In this document: positions 57,255 through 64,000 of the stretch, piece after piece
How the letters are laid out: every line of letters starts with the position of its first letter
Position numbering within the stretch: the first letter of the stretch is position 1
Assembly (NCBI GenBank): GCA_963691875.1
Contig: OY829846.1
Coordinates: forward strand, 3,712,001-3,776,000
DNA: 64,000 bases
Direction: 5' to 3'
Source: Aureliella sp.
GTDB lineage: Bacteria; Planctomycetota; Planctomycetia; Pirellulales; Pirellulaceae
Notes under the pieces: model-generated
The model's input: only the letters and a program-made list of their open reading frames with translations
Database searches by the model: none
Told to the model about the DNA's origin: nothing
Translations under genes and position numbers: made by a program

Positions 57255-58361
57255 CTACTGCTTGCAGTAGCTCAACGCGAGCAGGCTGAAGGTGGTGGCG
57301 AGGTTGGGATCGCTTTCCATCCAGCGTTCGTTGGAGTTGGTCCACGAGCCATCTTTGCCTTGGAGCTTAGCCAGGTGTTCGACGAGCTCTTCCCGCCAAT
57401 TGTGCTCCACGCCATTTTCGTCCTTAAGCGTGTCGATTCCAGCAGTGCTAAGTGACTTGGCGAACAGGTGATAGTAATAGTAAAGCCCCGCGTCGCCCAA
57501 GCCGGGATTCTCGGTGACGGTGTAATGGTCGCGAATCCACGTGAGTGCAGCAGCGACTCGCGGATCATCCTCTTTCAGACCTGCATGCAACATGCTCTTG
57601 AATCCAGCGTAAGTCATGGACCCGTAACTTCGTAGGCCGCCCTCATCCGTCTGGCCGGCAGCGGAACTGCTCTCGGTGATGTTGTAGTAGAAACCACCAT
57701 CGTTCACCTTGGCCGCATCTTTGGTGGTATTGTGAGCTGACTCCAAGTTCTGGCATCGCGAGACAAACGTCAGTGCTGCCTGAATTGCTTCTTCATGTTC
57801 GTCGGAATCCATCGCCTTTAGCGCGTCGATCAAGTAGGCCGTGTTGGAGAGATCTGGACGTGACTTGCCGCCGTAGCCAGCACCACCGTATTCCAAGTCA
57901 GACTCTTCAACACCTTTGGCATCGGTAAACTGCTCGCCTTTGACAAACGCTGCCGCCTTGGCAAGCACCTTGTCGTACTGGCCTGACTTGTTGGCTTCTT
58001 TCAGGCACATCATGGCAACGCAAGTCTCGTACATCATGAGTCGCGAATTGTCAGGATAGATGCCTCCATTGTCGCGAGCGGATCCGGCGACGATGTTCAA
58101 GGCCTTGGCCACAGATGGATGCTCCAAAGGAACTTCATTGCGGATCATCGCGTGAGCAGCAAGAGCAGTAAGTCCAATACCAATTCGTGGGCTCACCGCA
58201 CCATCTGCACTTTGGCCGCGCTTCTGCATGAATTCGATGCCTTTCGAGACAACTTGTTTTCGCAACTTCTCGTCAGCTCGGGTGGTGGTAATGGGGCTGA
58301 GTAAAACCACGCAGATTGCGAGTACCAATCCAGATTTTATCTTGAAGTATCGACTGTTCAC
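57255..58361 (-). CDS. Exported prenyltransferase/squalene-oxidase repeat (alpha/alpha toroid) protein
   Basis: Signal peptide and QW-like repeats (QSADGA, DGGFYY, QGKDGSW); YGSMTYAG and YYYYH. Confidence 0.82.
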   Translation of the reverse strand: MNSRYFKIKSGLVLAICVVLLSPITTTRADEKLRKQVVSKGIEFMQKRGQSADGAVSPRIGIGLTALAAHAMIRNEVPLEHPSVAKALNIVAGSARDNGGIYPDNSRLMMYETCVAMMCLKEANKSGQYDKVLAKAAAFVKGEQFTDAKGVEESDLEYGGAGYGGKSRPDLSNTAYLIDALKAMDSDEHEEAIQAALTFVSRCQNLESAHNTTKDAAKVNDGGFYYNITESSSAAGQTDEGGLRSYGSMTYAGFKSMLHAGLKEDDPRVAAALTWIRDHYTVTENPGLGDAGLYYYYHLFAKSLSTAGIDTLKDENGVEHNWREELVEHLAKLQGKDGSWTNSNERWMESDPNLATTFSLLALSYCKQ

Positions 58362-58422
58362 GGTGTGCTCCGGTGAATTACAATGCTTACAGAACGAAAC
58401 GCTAAATAAAATCGCCCAAGTT

Positions 58423-58441
58423 GTTGAAACTGAGTCTCAAT
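58423..58441. promoter_or_regulatory. Fur-like box 3 (GTTGAAACTGAGTCTCAAT) between the divergent prenyltransferase-fold and ferritin-like genes
   Basis: Its reverse complement ATTGAGACTCAGTTTCAAC matches box 4 at 17 of 19 positions. Confidence 0.68.
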
Positions 58442-58606
58442 TCTGCTGAAAATCATTATTTGAGGTTATTTCGTGAAACTCAATTCAACAAGCATTAAAC
58501 GCCTTGTTTTCTCTTGTCGGCATTCCTACAGTTTCACGGAAGGTTAGCCGAAAAAACAAAACACAACTTCAATCAAGATACTCTGATAAAGATTCAAGGC
58601 ACAGAA

Positions 58607-59056
58607 ATGAATTACGAACCAGTCATCGAGCAGCTCAACGAGATTCTCAAGCACGAATGGACAGGCGTTGCCCAGTACTCACAAGCTTCTTTCATCATCG
58701 AAGGCGTGTGGCGCGAAGTCTACGCTGAGAAGTTCGAAGACGATGCGAAGGAGTCTTTCGGACATGCCAAGTTGATCGGCGACAAGATTGTCGCGCTCGG
58801 CGGAGTGCCAGTCGCGCAGCGGAATGAAATCAAACAGTCTCGTGGTTTGACCGAAGTCCTGCAGAACGCTTTGGCATTTGAGTCCAAGGCCGTGGAAATG
58901 TATACAAAGGCCTTGGAACTGGCCGAAGGCGACCGAGCTTTGGTAGTCTTCCTGGAAGACATCCTGGTAGCAGAACAGGAAGGCGTAGACGAGTACACCA
59001 AGCTATTGCGTCAGTCCGAAGCGGCCGGCAAAGCAGGCGCACGGAAGTCAGGTTAA
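58607..59056 (+). CDS. Ferritin-like/bacterioferritin-related protein
   Basis: VIEQLNEILKHEWTGVAQY, ESFGHAKLIGDKIVALGGVP, LAFE and EDILVAEQE four-helix pattern. Confidence 0.85.
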   Translation: MNYEPVIEQLNEILKHEWTGVAQYSQASFIIEGVWREVYAEKFEDDAKESFGHAKLIGDKIVALGGVPVAQRNEIKQSRGLTEVLQNALAFESKAVEMYTKALELAEGDRALVVFLEDILVAEQEGVDEYTKLLRQSEAAGKAGARKSG

Positions 59057-59231
59057 AGCTTGCCGGTTTGAATCTGAGACAGCCTTGCAAAGTCAACCTC
59101 CTCTCGGACAGCAGGTTCGAGACGGGTGCTGTTAGCTCTGGGAGTTAGCGTTCATGCGTAGATATGCCCGACATTTGCTGGCAGTATCACTCTCAGTCGC
59201 GTAGTCTCCGCCATTAGGAAGAGAATTGGCT

Positions 59232-59552
59232 CTAAGACGCAGCCGAGATACTGCTGAATAGCAGGATTCTCGGCTCTGTATCAGGCCGGACTTCTTCTTG
59301 AGCCTGGATTTTCCGCGTCGTTCTCAAGCATGGCTTGGGTTGTTGCCCGCCCATCACGGATCGAAGCAGAACCATCTCCTGGCGAGTCATCTCCACCGCG
59401 CTCTGCGTAAACCAGCCCACGTCTTGGCTGAATGACTCATGACGCAGCACTATTGGCCGATCTACGTCAGACCGACTGGCGAAAACCATGCGCTGATCCG
59501 ACTCGTCGCCCTGGACGACTGCGATAATGTACTCGGTGGCTGCGTGAGTCAT
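59232..59552 (-). CDS. Hypothetical protein
   Basis: 106-aa ATG ORF in an otherwise empty gap, starting 27 bp from Fur-like box 4. Confidence 0.35.
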   Translation of the reverse strand: MTHAATEYIIAVVQGDESDQRMVFASRSDVDRPIVLRHESFSQDVGWFTQSAVEMTRQEMVLLRSVMGGQQPKPCLRTTRKIQAQEEVRPDTEPRILLFSSISAAS

Positions 59553-59578
59553 GCTTGGCTGTAAAAAGGAAATGTCTT

Positions 59579-59597
59579 AATGAGACTCGGTTTCAAC
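59579..59597. promoter_or_regulatory. Fur-like box 4 (AATGAGACTCGGTTTCAAC)
   Basis: Near-identical to the reverse complement of box 3. Confidence 0.62.
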
Positions 59598-59782
59598 AGA
59601 ATCTAATCGTAATCAAATCAGTGGCAAACACAACATCAGGGCGCCGGTAGGGTTGTAATTACAGTCCTCATAAGGCGAAGAGTCGGCTTTTCGTCATGAA
59701 AGTTTGGGAACACTGAACTTGCTGATCTTCAGCACAGCGGGCTATGCTCGCTTCAAACCAAGATTTTGAAGGAGTGCCCTAA

Positions 59783-61417
59783 GTGAAACCTCGTGTCCGA
59801 GAGCTTTTACGAAAGCTGCCGATCACCGCGATTGCATTATCTTTCGCTCTAGGATCTTTCGCGCTCGGCTTTGCGACTACGCCAGCCATCGCTCAGGACA
59901 CAATCCTAGTTCGCCCAGCTGAATGGACGGAAGCAATCCAGCCTTGGAAGGAGTTCCGCGAGTCGCAGGGCCACCAATTCATTGAAGTCGATGCGACTCC
60001 CAAGACAATGGAGCTCGATTCTCGACTGAAAGAAATCTACGCCAAGCATCACGAGACGCTGCGTTTCATTGTGCTCGTCGGCGATGTCGACCCCCGGATC
60101 CAAGCGAGCATTGGGACCTTCTATCGCGACAGCACCGCGATGGTCCAGTTCGGTGGCGATAAGCGGATTGGAACGGACAATCCTTACGCCGACTTCGATG
60201 ATGATGATGTGCCCGATTTGGCTTTGGCGCGGATACCAGCCGACAGCGCCGAGCAACTGCAGGCCTACTTGAAGCGGGTCATCAAGTACGAGACGAAAGA
60301 GAGTTTTGACACTTGGCGGCGAGACGTGCATATCGTTGCGGGCGTAGGTGGCTTTGGAGCAGTTGCAGATTCGGTGATCGAGATGACCACGCGAAGGTTC
60401 CTGGCCGATCGAGTTCCAGGATGGTCCGAGCTCTCCATGACACAAGCAAGCACCGAAAGTCACTACTGCCCCAATCCTTATCGGTTTAGCGAAGTGACTA
60501 CCGAACGCATGAACCAGGGTGGTCTTTTCTGGGTCTACATCGGGCACGGACACATCCGAACGTTGGATTACGTGCGAGTTGAAGAAAAGTATGTACCAAT
60601 CTTCTTGCCGACCAACATTCCTGCAGTAAGTTGCAAGCACGCGCCCATCGCCGTATTCTTGGCTTGCTACACGGGAGCCTACGATGCAACGCAAGATTCC
60701 CTGGCTGAAGAACTGCTGCTCAAAGAAAACGGCCCGATCGCAGCCATTGCCGCGACTCGGGTGTCAGGGCCTTATGGCTTAGCGATGTTAGCGGACGGAC
60801 TCCTCGACAATTTTTACGTTGATCGTGTGCCGACACTCGGACAAGTTGTGCAGCTCGCTAAGGAGCGATTACTCGCACCTGAGCTCGAAGATACGGGTAA
60901 GCAGACTGGGCAGATTCAGATGATTACTGCAATCGCCTCGGCGATGAGCCCCGAGAACTACGAGCTCCGTGCGGAGCGTTTAGAACACGTCTGGCAAATG
61001 CACTTGCTCGGAGATCCGCTTTTAAAACTGAGTTATCCCGAAGTCATCGAACTGGATATTCCTGCGAAGAGTCAGCCAGGGGCCGAGATTGAGATCCGAG
61101 GCGTGTCGACTGAGGCTTGTGAAGGATTTATTGAGTTCGCCTATCGGCGCGAGAAAGTACGTCGCGAGCTGGATGCGATCCCAGTAGACCCCAAGACTGA
61201 AGACGGAAAGGCGGCTTACCAGCAACGCTACAAGGCGGCGAACGAGCGTGTCTTGGTCAAAGTGGATAGCTCGTTTGCGGAGGGACCATTTTCTTTAAAG
61301 CTCCAGGTTCCTGGGGATCTCGCGAACGGCAAGTACTGCGTGCGGATGTTTGGCAAGTCGGCAAAGGGCTGGCAAGTGGGCTACAAAGAGCTTTCCATTC
61401 GTAAGCCCCGCGACTGA
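59783..61417 (+). CDS. Exported C25 (gingipain-like) cysteine peptidase family protein
   Basis: AAGGAG RBS, signal peptide, VLVGD, DNPYAD...PDLALARIP, and the catalytic dyad motifs YIGHG and LACYTG. Confidence 0.85.
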   Translation: MKPRVRELLRKLPITAIALSFALGSFALGFATTPAIAQDTILVRPAEWTEAIQPWKEFRESQGHQFIEVDATPKTMELDSRLKEIYAKHHETLRFIVLVGDVDPRIQASIGTFYRDSTAMVQFGGDKRIGTDNPYADFDDDDVPDLALARIPADSAEQLQAYLKRVIKYETKESFDTWRRDVHIVAGVGGFGAVADSVIEMTTRRFLADRVPGWSELSMTQASTESHYCPNPYRFSEVTTERMNQGGLFWVYIGHGHIRTLDYVRVEEKYVPIFLPTNIPAVSCKHAPIAVFLACYTGAYDATQDSLAEELLLKENGPIAAIAATRVSGPYGLAMLADGLLDNFYVDRVPTLGQVVQLAKERLLAPELEDTGKQTGQIQMITAIASAMSPENYELRAERLEHVWQMHLLGDPLLKLSYPEVIELDIPAKSQPGAEIEIRGVSTEACEGFIEFAYRREKVRRELDAIPVDPKTEDGKAAYQQRYKAANERVLVKVDSSFAEGPFSLKLQVPGDLANGKYCVRMFGKSAKGWQVGYKELSIRKPRD

Positions 61418-61787
61418 GTTCGGGCGTTTTCAGGCAGCGAGCCCCTTTAGAACCGCTGACAAAATATCATAGGGCTTCGACACTGCGTTTCATGGATTGT
61501 GGCTTGTTCTAGGCGTATCATTGCCGCTGAAACATGGTAGCTTCGGCGCGGAGAGAGGTTGGCTCAATGCGATTCCCTGGAAGCAGGATCACTTCCTGCT
61601 CGCCTTTGGTTTAGAATAGACTAGAGGGTAGCCGTCCGATGCGTTTTGACACCCTGCGATTTATCCTACCTTATGCGCTCAATCACAACGCGTTTCCGAT
61701 TCGCTTCGCTCGGGCTGGTTCATAACAGCCCTGCAAAGTTGACTCACCGCCTTTGCAGCTCATTCCTTCCTCAAGACAAACTTAATC

Positions 61788-64000
61788 ATGCCTGCTGCTT
61801 CTCTCGATGTTCCAAGCCTGCGACGATTACTTTACCCAGCCCTGGCCTCGGTTGTCGGTTTGGGTACTCTGTCGACAGCTGTCTCTCACGTCTCCGCTCA
61901 AGAAGTCGACTTTGCGAATAACATCCAGACTGTTCTTTCGCGACGTTGCTACGCCTGCCACGGTCCCGACCAGCAAGAGGGCAGCCTGAGGTTTGACCAG
62001 CGCGAAACACTTCTGGTCAAAGCCGATACCGGAGAGATTCCAGTTGTTCCAGGCGATCCCGCTAAAAGCGAGTTGATTCGCCGCATTACCTCCGAGGATG
62101 AATCCGAACGTATGCCGCCAGAAGGCAAGCCGCTCACATACGAGGAAGTTCGGGCTTTCAAGGCGTGGATTGCCGACGGGGCAAAGTACGAGCAGCATTG
62201 GGCATTCCAACCGGTTCAGTCGCACAAACCACCTGCAGTTAAGAATTCCGAGTGGGCTCGTGCACCGATGGATCATTTCGTGCTTGCTAAGCTCGAGTCG
62301 GCAAAGCTCACTCCGGTAGCCCAAGCGAGTCCGGAGAAACTCATACGACGTGTTTACATTGACATCACTGGCCTACCTCCATCGCCTGAACGTGTCACTG
62401 AATTAGCCTCAGGTTGGAGCGAGGAATCTTACGAGCGTCTAGTGGATTCCCTCCTAGCCGATTCCGCCTTTGGCGAACGTTGGGCCCGAAATTGGTTAGA
62501 CGTTGTGCGGTACGCGGAAACCAACAGCTTTGAGCGGGATGGCCCAAAGCCGAATGCTTACAAGTATCGTGACTATGTCATCCATGCGATGAACAGCGAC
62601 AAGCCCTATGATCAGTTCATTCGCGAACAGATTGCTGGTGACGAGTTAGACGAAGTCACCGATGAGTCGCTCACAGCTACTGGATACTATCGGCTGGGTC
62701 TGTGGGATGACGAGCCGGCGGATCCAAAGCTGGCCTTGTTTGACGGTTATGACGACTTGATTCTGACGACAGGACAAGGCATTCTTGGTCTAACGTTTAA
62801 TTGCGCCCGTTGTCACGATCACAAGATCGACCCGATCTCTCAGAAAGATTACTACAGCTTAGTAGCTCTGTTGCGTGACGTGACTCCTTATGGAACACGA
62901 GGCAACCAACAAGGCAACAATCAAGTCGACTTGGATCCTGAGCTTGCCAAACTGCACGAGGAGTACGAGCGAACGAAACGTGACCTCGAAGGCAAGACAC
63001 GCCGCTTCGAACAGCAAGCTATTAAGAAAATGGAGGCCGAGGACCAGCGAGCTACTGAAGGGCCAGAACGTGCAAAGACACTCGCTGAGAAGTTGGAGCA
63101 ATACACCAAGCCCGAGAAATACAAAGAGTATGCGAAGCAGAAAGCTGAGCTTGAGAGCGTCCGTAAAAAGTTAGCCGCTCTACCACCGCGCGAACGCGTG
63201 CTGGGACTGGCAAGGCTCGAAGCGAGGCCTCCTGAAACTAAAGTTCTGGGGCGTGGCAGCCCGCTAGCTGAAGGCGAAGTCGTTCCGCCCGCATTTCCCA
63301 AACTGCTAGGTGGTGGAGTTCCGGAGATTCCAGTTGCACCAGAGGGAGCTAAGTCGGCTGGACGTCGCAGAGTGTTTGCGGAATGGCTGACGAGCAAGCA
63401 GAACTGGATGACGGCCCGAGTGATGGCAAATCGAGTTTGGCTGCATTACTTTGGCCGCGGTATCGTGCGATCACCAAACAACTTTGGATTGATGGGTGAT
63501 GCACCTACTCACCCCGAGCTAGTCGATCATTTGGCCACATACTTGATGGACAACGACTGGCACCTTAAGAGCCTGCATCGTTACATCTTGCTGTCGAGTA
63601 CTTATCGGTTGGGTACAGATGACAACCCGCAGGCCAGTGCACAGGATCCAGCCAACAATCTTTTCTGGCGGCAGAACTTGCGACGGCTGAGTGCTGAGCA
63701 GGTTCGTGACGGCGTCTTGGCTGTGACAGGACAGCTGAACGAGCAGAAGTTCGGCGCCAGCATGTATCCGACTTTGTCACGAGAAGTTTTAGCTAGCCAA
63801 TCGCGTCCGGGTGCTGGTTGGGGCCGATCTTCGGACGCTGATCAGTCGAGACGCAGTATTTACATTCACGTTAAGCGTTCGCTTCCCGTACCGATGTTGA
63901 CCGCTTTTGATTTTCCCGAGACCGATATCAGTTGCGAAGCTCGCTTTCTGACCACTCAGCCCGCTCAAGCACTCACGATGCTAAACAGCGACTGGATGCA
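61788..64000 (+). CDS. Planctomycete cytochrome c-DUF1549-DUF1553 protein; runs off the window end
   Basis: Manual translation: signal peptide, CYACHG, RMPP, HWAFQP, WLDVVRYAE, CARCHDHK and ARVMANRVW. Absent from the ORF track because it has no stop in the window. Confidence 0.92.
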   Translation, partial: MPAASLDVPSLRRLLYPALASVVGLGTLSTAVSHVSAQEVDFANNIQTVLSRRCYACHGPDQQEGSLRFDQRETLLVKADTGEIPVVPGDPAKSELIRRITSEDESERMPPEGKPLTYEEVRAFKAWIADGAKYEQHWAFQPVQSHKPPAVKNSEWARAPMDHFVLAKLESAKLTPVAQASPEKLIRRVYIDITGLPPSPERVTELASGWSEESYERLVDSLLADSAFGERWARNWLDVVRYAETNSFERDGPKPNAYKYRDYVIHAMNSDKPYDQFIREQIAGDELDEVTDESLTATGYYRLGLWDDEPADPKLALFDGYDDLILTTGQGILGLTFNCARCHDHKIDPISQKDYYSLVALLRDVTPYGTRGNQQGNNQVDLDPELAKLHEEYERTKRDLEGKTRRFEQQAIKKMEAEDQRATEGPERAKTLAEKLEQYTKPEKYKEYAKQKAELESVRKKLAALPPRERVLGLARLEARPPETKVLGRGSPLAEGEVVPPAFPKLLGGGVPEIPVAPEGAKSAGRRRVFAEWLTSKQNWMTARVMANRVWLHYFGRGIVRSPNNFGLMGDAPTHPELVDHLATYLMDNDWHLKSLHRYILLSSTYRLGTDDNPQASAQDPANNLFWRQNLRRLSAEQVRDGVLAVTGQLNEQKFGASMYPTLSREVLASQSRPGAGWGRSSDADQSRRSIYIHVKRSLPVPMLTAFDFPETDISCEARFLTTQPAQALTMLNSDWM

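Noticed and set aside
59232..59552. FeoA assignment for the small ORF near box 4
   Set aside because: It lacks the RL-x-x-MG and APLGDP-type FeoA motifs.
23096..59597. Island as a prophage, ICE or transposon
   Set aside because: No integrase, transposase, relaxase, phage gene or tRNA attachment site was recognised.
61646..63780. Short ORFs listed in the track over the last 2.3 kb
   Set aside because: They are shadows of the long open + strand DUF1549/DUF1553 gene starting at 61788.
1..64000. rRNA, tRNA, riboswitch or CRISPR features
   Set aside because: None recognised by eye; a covariance-model search would be needed to exclude small RNAs.

Overview
This is a 64-kb bacterial window whose gene content points to Planctomycetota, probably Pirellulaceae: a DUF1559 prepilin-like protein, a DUF1549/DUF1553 cytochrome c and a 'LENRQLLA' export signal. 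Bases 1-23 kb hold mostly ordinary metabolic and envelope genes. From about 23.1 to 59.6 kb there is an apparent iron-regulated island, marked by four copies of a 19-bp Fur-like palindrome (WTTGA[G/A]A-N5-T[C/T]TCAAH). The island contains a DUF1559/TPR/beta-propeller/DUF4198-like/ApbE-DUF2271/PepSY/HemP operon and an exported vanadium haloperoxidase. It also carries a type IV filament cluster (four pilins, PilM/N- and PilO-like proteins, PilT, PilB/GspE, PilC, a TMTC-like glycosyltransferase, and a divergent PilP-like/lipoprotein/secretin arm), an exported prenyltransferase-fold protein and an atypical ferritin-like protein. A 6-bp microhomology junction at 38645-38650 joins partial duplicates of the prenyltransferase and Kelch genes, so two alternative cargo cassettes (haloperoxidase and pilus cluster) sit in tandem between the same flanking genes. 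All family assignments come from motif recognition by eye, not database searches. A few lesions may be sequencing or assembly errors.
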